64,000 nt of DNA from Callorhinchus milii (GCF_018977255.1 NW_024704742.1:3598001-3662000), one strand, 5' to 3'; positions 37,901-50,672 are shown, counted from the first letter of the stretch. The notes: a model not told the origin generated them from the letters alone. Translations and numbers: made by a program.

Positions 37901-39010
37901 AGTAAAAGCAGCCTTCCAACCCAACAAGGTTCTCCGTTCTGGTGACTGTGATTCCCACCACTACTATTGCAAAATTGCCTATTTCAACAAATCCTAATGA
38001 GTTTTTATTCACACACACACACACACACCGACGCACACCCACACACCTCAGCAGAGATATGCTTAAAGGTTTCTCTAAATTAACTTTTAATACAACCCAG
38101 CAGCCCTAGAAATAACCATGACAGAGTAAAGATGAACAGCTCTTCTAAGTTATTCAACAATGTCGGGTTTTCATTGTTTCCTCACCGACCTAACACTTTA
38201 TAATCATTAATACGCAACTTGCTGTTTTCTGGACCAATGTAGGAATCCATTTAACATTGCAGTCACCTAAATTTCTCATAGTTATGCAAGTTCTTTCAAA
38301 AATCTGTTGACTAATGGTCCCATAACAGGAATCTGCCAGCATTAATATAAAAAAACACTATTCCTTTCACTAACCACTGTAAAATTATATCAGATTTATT
38401 CTCCCATAATTCTCCCACTGGCCCACACTTCTCTAGACAACTGCATGACCCTTTAACATGCTTAGATTCAGGAAAAATATTCAAAGAAGCAAAAATAACT
38501 GATCCGTTTCCGAATCCACTATCTAAAGGTTAGGTTATAAAGTATACATTCAACACCATTTTATACAGATCAGATTCATATTGAAAAGTGAATGTTGTCG
38601 TCAATAATTTAGTACAATCACACTATCTGAACATCTAACAGAATTCCTTGTTTTTTTTTGGAAGGTTAGGATTATTTGCAGAATTTTTTTTTAATAAAAC
38701 TTGGGTCATATTGGTGAAGAGATCTCAGTTTAAACAAATGTTTCTCAACACATCAATAGATAATTCAAGATGGGTATTCAAATGAATCCAACGTACTAAT
38801 CTTACAATATTCACTAACCTCTAGTATCCACTTATAATGATCTGAATGGAGCAAAAATATATATCTCACACTAATTCATTTGCCCCTCGAATCCCAATGA
38901 ATTTCGCTATGGCCTAAACATCATTTGCAAAACAAAAAATCAAAGCATCAATTTTCTTTTCCACGCTTTCCCCGTTCTTTTCTCTTCACTCTTGGTCCTC
39001 ATCGACATGT
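34915..39010 (-). other. PDLIM5: Putative long PDLIM5 3'UTR (distal end uncertain)
   Basis: Follows the stop codon; AT-rich and relatively repeat-poor. Candidate poly(A) signals on the minus strand at 38395-38400 (AATAAA) and 34934-34939 (ATTAAA). Confidence 0.4.
38345..38400 (-). terminator. Candidate proximal polyadenylation site
   Basis: Minus strand AATAAA (38400-38395), CA about 16 nt downstream, then agtgttttttt. Confidence 0.3.
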
Positions 39011-39100
39011 TTAGATGTTCACTGCATGAGCATGCTTCTTGCACAGTAGTTTTTCTTTCTTTGAGAAGAAGGTTTGACCCTCCAAGTTAACACAACATAC
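39011..39100 (-). CDS. PDLIM5: PDLIM5 terminal coding exon ([29 protein letters not shown])
   Basis: Acceptor ctcttcttccag|GTA; TAA at 39013-39011; [17 protein letters not shown] is the PDLIM5 C-terminus. Confidence 0.96.
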   Translation of the reverse strand, partial: VCCVNLEGQTFFSKKEKLLCKKHAHAVNI

Positions 39101-39488
39101 CTGGAAGAAGAGCACACTCATTAAAGGTCATGAAATCCCCATTTAACAGTGCATCTATTTACAGCGTACAGTTTAAACGACCCAGTCAGATCACAATGGT
39201 AAATTACTAATGGTTCCCGAGGACAAACCTGGTGATAAGAATGGTGTAGGTGCAAAAAAACGAAGAACGACACTTCGGCTAACATACCTTACATAATATT
39301 TTAGTACTTTCACCTCTCAGAAACCTTTATATAATGTGAAGCGCTTTGAGATGTTTCTATGACATGATTGGGTGCTATATCAAATGCAAGGACGATTATT
39401 ATTGTATTAATAAAGTATTAAGTGTATTTTCGCATTTGTTTGATTTACCGTTTGAACAATACAACTGTAGCAAAACAGTATATTTGAT

Positions 39489-39803
39489 GATAATAATAAT
39501 CCTGGCATTTGATAAAGCGCTTTTCTTGTCTTCGAGACGTCTCAAAGCGCTTCACAGAATAGACTGTAAAGTGAATTGACTGTATATTTGTGGGCGAAAT
39601 GCGGCAGCCAATTGTGCACAGCAATGTCCCACAAACAGTCGTGGATCGAAGTGACCACTTTATTATTGTTTTTTTTTCTTGAGGGATTTATTTTCAGGCG
39701 CGTGGAGTAAGGAAACTTGCCCAAGGTTTTGCTCTGCTGGGAATCAAACCCAGGTCTTTGGCTTTGCGAGGCAAGTTCTCTAACCCCTGAGCTACAGGAC
39801 TCC
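39489..39803 (-). mobile_element. Full-length tRNA/CORE/Deu SINE in the last PDLIM5 intron
   Basis: Head ggagtcctgtagctcagggg; ccttgggcaagtttccttactccacgcgcc; (AAT)n tail. Confidence 0.9.
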
Positions 39804-40153
39804 ACAATGATGATGGGATGGAAGACGTGAAATTCAAGGGAGAAAAATTGGGCGAACAGTATTACAGTACGTAACACTCGATTGTAAGAAAATAGCATAA
39901 GATAGAGAATTAAGCGCTCCGAAATGCTGCTACCCATGAAGAGTGCTATATAAATGCAAGCTGCAATGTCCTACCAACAGCCATGCAGTGAATGACTCGT
40001 TTTATCTGGGGAATTGGTACCCAGGATACCAGGAGAAACTCCCTTTTCTTGGAAGCATCAGGGTCTTTGAACAGTATCTGGACAACCAGCCATTACACCA
40101 CCTTAGCCCATGCATCAAAATTCAACTCACGGCCACTGTATGTGTCTGTTCTC

Positions 40154-40184
<31 letters not shown>

Positions 40185-40851
40185 CCTTTTTAAAAAAAAA
40201 GGAAATGCAATTTAATCATGTTAAACATGTGAAATAAAATGCACAGTTCTGATAAAAAGTGAACTAAATATTATCCGATCCAAGCTTTATCCAAAATGTT
40301 AAACAAATCCTCCTAATTAATGTAGCAGTTTGAGAGGAAACTTTGAAAGGCTGAAGCGAAGCAGAAACAAACAGTTAACAATAAAATTCGGACTCACCAC
40401 AACAACCAACGCAATCTTACATTTATACAGCGTCTTACGTGTCAAGGGGACATTCCGATGTGCTTGTGATAATAATCTACGACTTGCGATTCAAATGAAC
40501 TCACGATAATAACCCAATGTGTGTCGCCAGGGACGGGGGGGAAAGAGAAGGGAGGGGAATGGGGTTAAGCCATTCGGGCACCGTTCAAAGTGAAGGAAGG
40601 ATCTAACCTCTGAATTTATCTGTGAAAATTGCACTGCAAGATTGTATTGCTTACCGTACGTACACAGGCTACTCACATCCCACTACAATCAACCCACTCA
40701 TCCCGGGCCTTCGAAATGAACCATCTTTTGGAAAAAAAACGTAAGCGCAGAGGAATTACAAGTCCGAGCAAATGCATTCATTTCAATGCGGGGACTGTGT
40801 GTCTGAGGCCTCGGAAGTAACCGGTGTCAACTCTCTGAGGTCTGCTGCAGT

Positions 40852-41137
40852 ATTATAATAATAATAATAATAATCCTTGCATTTGATATAGCGCTTTTCA
40901 CGTCGGGAGGACGTCCCAAAGCGCTTCACAGAACACACTGTAAAGTGAATTGACTGTATATTTGTGGGCGAACGCGGCAGCCAATTGCGCACAGCAATGT
41001 CCCACAAACAGTCGTAGATTGAAGATGACCAATTTATTATTGTTTTTGGTTTTGGAGGGATTATTATTAGGCTCTGTGTGGAGTAAGGAAACTTGCCCAA
41101 GGTTTCGCCCTCTGCCTGGAATTGAACTCAGGTTCAA
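40852..41137 (-). mobile_element. Young SINE copy, truncated within the tRNA head
   Basis: Near-identical to 28643-28959 up to ggaattgaactcagg. Confidence 0.93.
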
Positions 41138-41333
41138 TTACCAAGCGATCGAGGCCAAGCTCTGGGTACAGGTTGAGCAGTGCCTGTGCCAGAAGGAGTT
41201 AAGACAGATATAGGGCCTCTCCCTGCAACAATCTCAGGAACAGTCAGACCACAGGTTTTTTTTCGCAGGGCACAGCACATCAGTGTTTGCAAGCTCATCT
41301 CCCGCACAAAGTCAGCAGTGACGTTTTACTCAC

Positions 41334-41449
41334 AGCGCAGACAAAGCAGGTGTCGTGCCAAGTGTATCCCAAGGCTTGAAGGAATTTATCTCCGGCTTCA
41401 ATAGGGAAGTCACAGCCGTGGCAACTGGTGCCAAATAAATTATAATAAT
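41334..41449 (-). CDS. PDLIM5: PDLIM5 coding exon: LIM3 first part ([39 protein letters not shown])
   Basis: Acceptor ccctacag|AT, donor TGCGCT|gtgagt; 116 bp; not in the ORF track, read manually. Confidence 0.96.
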
Positions 41450-41693
41450 CTGTAGGGGGGGGATGGGGGGGGGAAACAAAAAGAAAAGGATCAGTTCCAT
41501 TGCCGATGCGCGCTATAAAGCTTCAGGTCTTTTAACAAGTGTCAGCACGTGACGGCAGACACACGCGTGGAGCCAAATGTTGAGATCGTAGCCGTTCGTG
41601 CAAACTATTGTCTCAGTAATAGTTCAGCGAATACAACTACTGACGAAGTCGCCTCCTTGACTTTCAAACTAATCTTCTCCACTTATTGTTAAA

Positions 41694-41775
41694 ACACACA
41701 CGCGTGCACACACACACACACACGCGCACACACACACGCGCACGCGCGCACAGACGCACGCACACACGCGCACAC
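41694..41775. repeat. (CA)n/(CG)n alternating purine-pyrimidine tract
   Basis: Directly visible. Confidence 0.9.
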
Positions 41776-42318
41776 TTGCTGGAAAGGATTATGAGTAAAT
41801 GACGAACACTGTACATCAGCTGTATATCATGCGTGCGCTGTGTTGATGCATTGGTTCTGAGGGAATGTCAATCTGCTGCGCCGCCACGCTTTGACGCTGC
41901 CTGTGAGCGGGGGGTTCCCTGTCGGCCCTCGGCCGGCTTCCTGCAACGCCCTGTGGCCTCCACGTCGCGCGGGGGGGGTTAGGGAGTGCCTTGAAAAGCT
42001 TGTGCCTTTGTACGCGGTGAGGAGAGGCAATCCGACTGGCACGAACCATGAAAGATCACCCACGATCTTTATCCTGTAGGAAACGGCCGGCCACCTGCGC
42101 TCGCGCACGCGTGCGTGTGTGTGCGCACGCGCTGACGCCATCGTTCGCGTGATCGGTGACAGCACGGTACGGAAGCGCCGACCGACGATCGCACTCCATT
42201 GTAGCAAAGGTTGGTGTGTGTGTGTGTTTGTGCTTGTGTGTAGTGTGGGTGCATTTGGTGTGGGCGCTCCGCAACAGATTTTCTGCAGCAAAGCAAGCCG
42301 CAAAAGAGGGGGCATCAC

Positions 42319-42439
42319 CTCTCTCGCAGTAAGGTTCTCCATCCTCCATGTGGAAGACATTGTTGCGGATGGGTTGAGAACAAGCCACACACACAAAGCA
42401 ACTGACGTGCCAGGTCTGCTTCAGGGCATTGATAATTTC
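42319..42439 (-). CDS. PDLIM5: PDLIM5 coding exon: LIM2 ([40 protein letters not shown])
   Basis: Acceptor T/C tract + cgcatag|GAA, donor AGAG|gtgatg; 121 bp. [24 protein letters not shown] is PDLIM5-type. Confidence 0.97.
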
Positions 42440-42634
42440 CTATGCGGGGGAGGGGGGGGGGGAAAAAAAAAACACAACTGATTATACTTAGGCCATTCGC
42501 GTCACGAGAAGGGAAAAAAAAACGACAGTCAGCTTCTTATCTAAAAGATTGCCATAGTTCAGAGGACAGGAACAAGAATAACAGCAGCAAAGAATGAGCA
42601 TGAAAGAGAGATAAAGAGAGAGAAGATAGGTTTG

Positions 42635-42790
42635 AGGAACATGGAACAGGAAAAGGCCATTCAGTCCCTCGACCCCGTTCTGCCATTCTATCAGATCAGG
42701 GCTGACCTGTACCTCAACCCCGAATTACATTCCTTTGCCTCATATCCCCTTGATACTAACAAAAATCCATTGACCTCTGCCTTGAAAACT
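42635..42790 (-). mobile_element. CR1 3' end fragment
   Basis: aggaacatggaacaggaaaaggccattcagtccctcgacccc... Confidence 0.65.
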
Positions 42791-42999
42791 TCAAATCGAT
42801 CTGGAATTATAAATGTGTAACCATCAGACTGCGCTTCCTCAAAAAAAAACACACGGATTTCTTGAAAAGTTTCTGCGATTGAAACATTACCCAAAACAGA
42901 TGAGTTTGTTCCACAAAAGAAATCTGCGCTTTTTAGGTAACAAATGATTTATTCGTCGGCCTACTTAAACTGTTAAGCCTTTACATTAACGCTACTTTT

Positions 43000-43034
<35 letters not shown>

Positions 43035-43427
43035 AATCCCTTTCTTTACAGCGTCTTTCAGACCTCATTTGGCCCCAAACTCAGTTAACCACCGCAAGGG
43101 TAAACAGTCTTCAAGTTCTCTTCCCTATAAAGTGGGTAAGTCAATCTGATTGCGTGAATCACGGCAGCCACTTGACGCTTATAAAAGTGTCCGATATTCT
43201 CCGATGAAGCAATTCCTCAAATTTTACATTCCTTGCATTTGCTATAGCGCCCTTCACACGGGGGAGTGTCACAGAGCTCCCGGCAGAGGGTCAGACTTTA
43301 CACTGAAGCTTTACACCGCACTTTACAGTAAAAACTGTGGAGAGCGCAGACGTTTCGAGGTGATAAGTCGCTGGATCAAATGTAAAGCTCATTATTGTTA
43401 TATTCCAGGGATGACCTGGTTACTTAC

Positions 43428-43608
43428 CCCTAAGACCTTCCTTTGGCAACGGGCACATTCGGGGGCAAAGAACTGCCCGTAGCATTTCTCACAGTACACA
43501 GAGCCCTTCTCTTCCACAAAGCCAGTCTCAGCAAGAGTATGGCTACAGTAGGCACACGTAAACTCCTCTGGATGCCAGGATCGCCCCATGGCCACAAGAA
43601 ATGGACCT
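43428..43608 (-). CDS. PDLIM5: PDLIM5 coding exon: LIM1 and start of LIM2 ([21 protein letters not shown]...[23 protein letters not shown])
   Basis: Acceptor ttcgacag|A, donor TTAGGG|gtaagt; 181 bp; LIM Cys/His zinc ligands intact; in frame with both neighbours. Confidence 0.97.
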
Positions 43609-45449
43609 CTGTCGAAATGGAAATACAAAACCAAAATTGACTTCGCCGAGACCTTAAAAGTGAAAATGTTCCACCAAGTGCGGGAGCTCTTCGGAAACAA
43701 AAAGAAATAAAGGATGGTAGACTTTGTTTTGAGCAAGAGGAGGAAACAATCTTAAAGACAGAAGGATTAGGTAAAAGAATATATCGGATGCTTTTGGGAA
43801 AATTTTGAGGAACGGGTGTCTTTATTTGCAGGATCTCGCTCCTTCAGTTTCAATTTCACTTGAGCAAACGGGTTCGTTGAGAAGTCTTCCGAACGTCAGC
43901 CAATGTTTTATCAGGAAATATCAATGAACCACCAGCGATGTGTTGCACCCATAGGGTGCCTGGAAAGAACAGCGAATCACGATGCCCTTGTTTTTTTTTA
44001 TATAAATGATGTTTAAATTGGCTCTATCAATAAAAACACAGTTTACAAGAACAGAATCCTATTGGGAGCCTGAAACTGAAATTCTGCTTAAACACGAAGA
44101 TGTCAGAAGATAAGTCTGATCAGTGTGTAAATAAGTTCAGAGACTGTAAAGAGGCTAGCGGCAACGGATGAGAAAAGTGGGGCACTGTATCGAACAAGGA
44201 TCGTGTCGAAATGGAGAGCGCAGCGGAAAAATCTGTGCAGGAGCCATCATCTGCTTAAGGTGCAACAGGACTGAGTCGAATTCTCTAGATAGCAGGAAAA
44301 GCCTCAGGCGCGGCTATGTAGCTGGATACCTTGTCCTTCCTTATTCACACTAACATGGAAACCCTGACCTAACCTGATACACCTGCAACCCTCTGTGTAG
44401 GCATCTATTAACATCAATGGCCTTTCAGGTCATCACAGAGCCAACAAAGCAAGTCCTCGTGTAGGACAAACTGCTCCTCACATTGTGCCAGTAGAGCAAT
44501 TTAGCGGATTCATTAGCGGAATATTGATACTACAGAGAAAACCCGGTCTGTGCCAGGTCGGATCAACTTTCCACTCCTCTATGTCCGCTGCAATTCCATT
44601 CGGAGAAGGCTCTCAGTAACAAGAGCACACAGACGTTGTTGACGGAGGGACAGAGTAGCTGAGTGAGCAGGAATTTAATAAATGCCAGAAGACGACAAGG
44701 TGCACACTCCTGCAATCCCCCTTTCTGCAATAATATATTTGTGAACATATGAATTAGCGTGGATGCTCACACAAGCTAGTAGACGTAGGCAGTCTGCCTT
44801 GGAATTAGAACAGGTGTAAACTGAAGTGCTATTCGATCCTTCTCCGCTGACTCAGATGAATGGCAGCAGAAAGGGCATGAACTGTAATTATGCTGAAACC
44901 GCCTCATTGGATCTGCCTGCTCCACTTTCAGTCATGGGCGGCATATTATATTTATTCGTCTACGGAGAAGACTAGGCTTTGATCATCCCACGGCCCGTTG
45001 TGCCATCGCTCAAATCGATAGCAACGATTCCGTTGTTCGGTAAATTGCGTTGTTATTAATGGAGCGGACTCAAAAATCGTTTGTGAAAAAAGCAAGAGGA
45101 CCACGATTCGCTGTTCTTTTCAAGGGTTTTGTAGGGTTTCTCAGGTTCGCCTCGTGAATTTCTTTTCTACAGTGTTTAAAGTAGTGTTTCAAACTCCCAG
45201 TTCTGTGTCGAGTAATGCCATGAGATCTATCTGTAACGCCCACCTAAACAGGCAGAACGGGTGCTGGGATTCGTGTCTCATGTGAAGGATGACACCTCCA
45301 ACAATGCAGCACAACCCCCAGCGCTGCGATGAAGTGTCAGCCTTGTTCCATGCGGGGCTCAAACCCACCTTCTGACTCAAAACTACTATAGGATGCGCCG
45401 AGACAATGGAACAAGAGGCCATGGGTTTGGAATTGCAAAGTGTCATTTC

Positions 45450-45635
45450 AGGACAGACACCGGCAAGTTTTTTCTTAAAGGGTATTTAACAACGGGAACA
45501 GTTTGCCAGGAAAGGTGGCAGCGGCCGGGACACTGATTTAAAAGGCAGCTGATGCCGTGATGGGTGGAGGGGCGTTTGAGAGAGAGGAAATTGGATGGGC
45601 CGAAGGGCCTTCTTCATCCAAACCAACCTTGTGAA
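45450..45635 (+). mobile_element. CR1 3' fragment
   Basis: ...ttggatgggccgaagggccttcttcatccaaacc. Confidence 0.7.
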
Positions 45636-45666
45636 GAGTGCTACCAGCTGAGATAGCTTGACGCAT

Positions 45667-45890
45667 TACGACAACAACGACTTGCATTTATATATAGCGC
45701 CCTCCACGCGGCGTAGCGTCTCAGAGCGCTTAACGGTGGCGGGGCCTGACTCTGAGCCGGTGGGGGAGTTGGGGGGGGTGTGGGGTTGACCGTAAGTACG
45801 GTCGAAAAGCAAGTTTTTCAGGCGGGATTTGATAAAGGGGAGAGAGGGGTCAGGGCGGAGGGTTTGAGGGAGAGCGTTCCACACGATGGC
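45667..45890 (-). mobile_element. L2 3' fragment immediately downstream of a PDLIM5 donor
   Basis: WNALPQTLRPDPSLPFIKSRLKNLLFDRTYG plus tail. Confidence 0.85.
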
Positions 45891-45948
45891 GGTTAATGGG
45901 AGCGCGGATAATAAGATCCACCAGCGTGTGAGTTCTTCATTCTCTCAC

Positions 45949-46144
45949 CTGATGATCATGTTACAGTGGGCACACATCGGGGTTCTGCGACCAGCTGGAA
46001 TGTGCTCAGCCATCTGGACCAGTGAGTCATCGTCCTGCGGTTTGCTTGCTGGGACAGCGGGGGTCTTCAGGCTGGGTCCCTGGCCAGGCTGGTTGGCAGG
46101 AGGCACGTGGGCAACAGGTGGCACCGTCTTAGGGAAATTGTTTG
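45949..46144 (-). CDS. PDLIM5: PDLIM5 coding exon: end of linker and start of LIM1 (NNFPKTVPP...DDDSLVQMAEHIPAGRRTPMCAHCNMIIR)
   Basis: Acceptor cgtttttgcag|CA, donor ATCAG|gtgaga; 196 bp. LVQxAEHIPAGxRTPMCAHCN is the PDLIM5-type pre-LIM1 motif (LDB3 has RAERFPASSRTPLCGHCN). Confidence 0.95.
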
Positions 46145-49100
46145 CTGCAAAAACGAAGGGCAAAAAAAAAAACCCCAAAGTTAATATATTTAGTTACGAA
46201 AAAAAATACCCCGAACAAACGGGTTTAAGCAAAAATCAAGTTGAGGAAAGCCGAGATCACATCGCCTGCATCTCCAAAGATTTACCTGGAAGCCTGAATA
46301 AAAAAAAAATGATCCTACATTGAACGTTCAGGGTCCCTCATCAACGATGGAAACCAAATCCCCCCAAAAAAGGACCATCTCAATTCATTTTCAGTTGATT
46401 GAGCATCAGACGCAAAGTAGAGCCTCTCTCTCTACATTTGTCAAGCAATACACAACAATTCAACCTTCTGAGTCACCAACGTGATCTTTCTGTTACTGAC
46501 ACCAGTCCCACTTGAGCTCTCTGCGGAAAGCTAGATTGGGGGAAGATTGTGCTGCAGACCCAGGACGACTTGAGACTGGATCAAGTCTGATAAACTTCTT
46601 CCCCTCCGCGACACTTAATTTATCCAGAGACTTTCGTACCATCAGCTGTGTTTGTTTTAGGATCACCCTTAGAGGTGAAAGTGATGGTATTTTTTTTAAC
46701 CCCCTCCCCACCCCACACCTTTCCGTCCAGTCTCTTGCATATGAAGTAGGATTGCTGTACGCCGTGCTGTGATGCACTTCTTCCAAATAATGCATTTGCG
46801 TGTCAAATGGCCACGTCGGGAGGCTGATGTACGGTTTAGTGAGGTAAGCAGAGGGATAAACAAGCCGTCGGGAATCAGAAATATTATTGCTTCAAGTATT
46901 ATTTTTAGTTCAGTCAGAACTGCTCGTGCAATCGTTAGTCCGTATTGGAAAGATTTGTGGACACAAGAAGCCTAATCCGAATCAGCTAAGTTGTAGAGTT
47001 TATGTCTAAGCCTGACGTATTTTACAGGGGGTGTTGGTATAACGTTGTAAATTGTTATGAGAAAATGACAGTGTAAATGGGTTCAGAAGTTAGACGTGTG
47101 TATTACAGCTCCAGCTCTTGTTACTTGTTGACATAACGGCCATGCATTGTTTTAGTTAGAATCAGCTCATGGGTAATGTACCCAGGGATGGGCCCAGCTT
47201 GTTAAAAACCAGCCTGAAAACAACCGTCAGTTGGATGAGGATATGTAGATTCGCACGGACCATCCTGATCGTTTAAAAGAAAGAGGGCAGTGAAAAAAAG
47301 AGGTCGAGCTAAGCTATACTTTGTTTCGTCAGAATTGGTCATCTGAGTGTTCAGCTCGAATCAGTGAGAGCGCGAGACTACTTTCTGCTCCTGCGGGCTG
47401 GCAGAACTTCTCTAGCCGAGGCTTTGCGACTTAAGACACTTGACCTCGACTGTTCCAAGTTTCCGGCCACATCGGGGGGAAAAAAGCAAAAGAGAACAGA
47501 AGAACTGCAATGAATACGAGAATACTACTGGCCTTATCCCCTAGGCTCCACAGAGCCACTAATTCTGCTACTGGTTGTACCTTCGAACAAACCCAAAGCA
47601 AGAGATGTTTTCCTGCTGCTTATGAACTTGTGGACTTTGATATTATGATTGTTGTAACATTGCTATACATGAGCATAACCAGCAGATATTGTTTATCTAG
47701 CACTGCCTGTTGAACTAATGCAACCTTTCGGCCTTATTAAGTAAACAGGCTTGAAAATATAAAATACAAGCGACTTTGGTTCCCTGTTTACGGTTCCTAA
47801 TGTAATAATGATAATAATAAGGCCCCGAGTTCCTCATTCGTTTCCGAGCCCCTTTCGCCAGCGCTCTCTAAGAACTGCAAAGAAACCCGGCCTCGAAGTT
47901 GACCGATTTTAAGAATTCTCCAAAACCCGTTGGATCTGAAACTGCAAGACAATGGTCCGAATGCAAAACGCAGGAGAGATTTCAGGCTTCTGCCTTCCGA
48001 AACACATCTTTAACTGGCTCTGCAGCTACAGCGCTGGGTCCTGTGAATATAGTACCGGAGGAGCAGAGAGCATAGCTCGCTGCACCTCGGCTCACCTGCA
48101 AGATGGAAAAGAAAAAACGTCCAATATAAAAATGCTATAGAAACCAATTAAGTTAAGGGAAGTATCGTTGCTACCTCTCCCTCGCTCCACTCCCACTGCA
48201 ACTCCCTAAATTATTTTGTACAAGTAGCTGCCTGGAAGCATGATTTCCCCACCTCCCTCCCTCCCCCCCTCCCCCCCCCGCCCCCGCATTAACAAGCCAA
48301 GAACCGCAGTGATATAACATCTTCAAGTGCAAGTGCTTTCACTAAACAACACAGACTCGGGAAGCACTGTGAAGCAGGCAGATCAAATAGGCAGCTGCTT
48401 GAATAAAGCAGTCAGTGCTGTTGCTCTGGTGTATCCAGGCTCGGTATCTTTGCTGCGGACGGGTGGCGGTGGGTGGGGGGGGCTGGAGTATTTGATGAAA
48501 AATCTCCTAAAAACAGCCGGGTTATGAGATCAGAGGAAGATCGCGGCCAAGGTTTGTGCGGGTTAGGTCAAACCAGGCCTGTCCTCAATAATAATAATAA
48601 TGATAATAAATAAAAATACTTATTTTGGTTTGATGGGACGCCTTTCAGGTCAAAGCATTTCACAGGATCTACTGTAAAGTGCGGCGACTTATTCGTAGCG
48701 CACACGCAACAGCTAATTTGTGCACAGCAATGCCCACAAACAGTCACGAGGTGAATGACTAATTTTCTCTGGGGGATTGCTGGCCAGGACACCTGGAGAA
48801 ACTCCCTTGGAATGTGGAACGCGATCGACAGTGCTGGCTTTCACGGCACGCACTATTGCAATGAAAGACGATAGGACGAAAGCGAAACGGGGAGAGAAGG
48901 TAACAGAACTTTTATTAAAGCAGTGAAATTCACTAGGACTCGCGTCTGACAGATTCTTGGATAAAACACTTAAGAGACGTGCAGAAGCAAAACAAAACGA
49001 AAAAAAAAAAGCCCTCAGGATAATTATCGGCGAATCATTCGCAGAGCTGTCAAATCTGACAGCGTTGATTAAAAAAAAAATTCATTCCTGCGCGGGTTAA

Positions 49101-50243
49101 CACGAGTGAGAGTTCAACAACAGCATCTCCTCTGAGCCGTGAGCTAACTAACCAACTGCACTTCTAGCCTCCATCTTCCAACTTCATCCTCCAGCCAAAT
49201 CCTTCAGCGTTATTTTTTCCCCATGGTTACACTCACAGACACACAACACGCACAAGTCATAAATCTTTGAATTCAAACCAAATTGAAATGTCTCACCCTT
49301 CAGTTACGGAAAGCACTGCAACACTCGCATTGCGAATGTGCTTCAGAATGGGTTCAAAATAGCCCGAGCCTGCCCTTGCTTGGATCTCTTCCTCGTTTGA
49401 GTCGAGGCTCGGGATCCAGCGCCAAAAAGAAAACTGCTGTACGTGAGCACCGGCTTCCAAATCTAGAGTCCTGACTCTGCTCTGGCCTCAACCTGCCGTG
49501 ATCTCCAGGGAACTGCGTACAGGCAGTCGATGTCAAACCCGCAGGGCTGGTCTGTAGAGGGCCGCGATGATACAACAAATTACATTGGCAATGGACAGTC
49601 GAGGATTTGGACCCGAGCTGGGGGTTGGGATCAGGAGGGGTGGAGGGCGGGGAGTGAAGGGGTAAGGAAGATGGCCGAAGTCAACGAGGAGGGTCTTGAG
49701 GCGGCACTTGAAAATGGCAAGGCGGGGAGGGGGCGGTCAAAGGGTCTGTGCGGTAACTTATTCCACATGATCCTTTCTGCTCCTGTGCTGTACGTCAAGA
49801 TCGGAGCAAAGCATGTGGGGGATGCAACCGCTAAAACAACCCAGATAAAACCTGACCCTGCCAGTCAATTTCTCTTCGTTCGTTCTATACGCGTCCCACA
49901 AGGCACTTCGTACAGGAGCAACTTCAATGGCGGTGCAAGTTGACAACCTTTAAAAAGTATCAAACAGTTATTCACTTAATTCAGCAATTTGGAAGTCAGT
50001 GATATGCGGCAATCTCAAAGTTTTGACCTGAAGAGATCCGACTCCTCCTAATGTTTCCGTTGCAATTTACCTCAGGATTTAAAAAAAATTTAATCTTGTG
50101 CTTCAAAGCAATGTTAGTAAGGCGCTCACCCTACTACTTCCTTAAGTTGGCATCATTCAGCACAAACAAACTACTTCACAATAGTAAGAATTAATCACAG
50201 TCAAGACTGAGTTCAAATGCAGTGCTGCGGGCGTTCTGTCCTT

Positions 50244-50672
50244 TAATAATAACAATCCTTGCATTTGACACAGCGCCTCATCACGTCATTGAGACGTCTC
50301 AAAGCGTTTCACAGAATGTACTGTAAAATGGATCGACTGTGTACTTTGTGGGCCAGTTGCGCACAGCTGAATCCCACAAACAGCCACGAGGCGAGCGATC
50401 AATTTTATTTGAAGGATTGTTGGCCGGGACAATGGGAGAAACTCCCTTCTCTTTTTGAATAGTTCCCTGGGATCTTCAACGTCCACCTGAACAGACAGAC
50501 GCGACCTCAGTTTAACGCCTCAACCGAAGGACGGCACCTCCGACAAGGCAATGCACCCCCAGGACTGCATTGGAGTGTCAGGCAGGACACGCGAGTCCCA
50601 AAGTCTTGACGTGGGGCTTGAACCTACAACCCTTTGATTCGGAGGCGAGAGTGCTACTGAGCCAAGCTGCCA
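50244..50672 (-). mobile_element. Full-length Deu-domain SINE
   Basis: Tail, Deu core, head ggcagcttggctcagtagcactctcgcctccgaatc. Confidence 0.88.

Noticed and set aside
41816..42318. Long ORF extensions (112-189 aa) around the LIM2 exon
   Set aside because: Read-through into a GC-rich intron; only 42319-42439 is LIM coding.
46493..46795. Overlapping 86-100 aa ORFs on both strands near a PDLIM5 exon
   Set aside because: No recognisable homology and no convincing phase-compatible splice pair.
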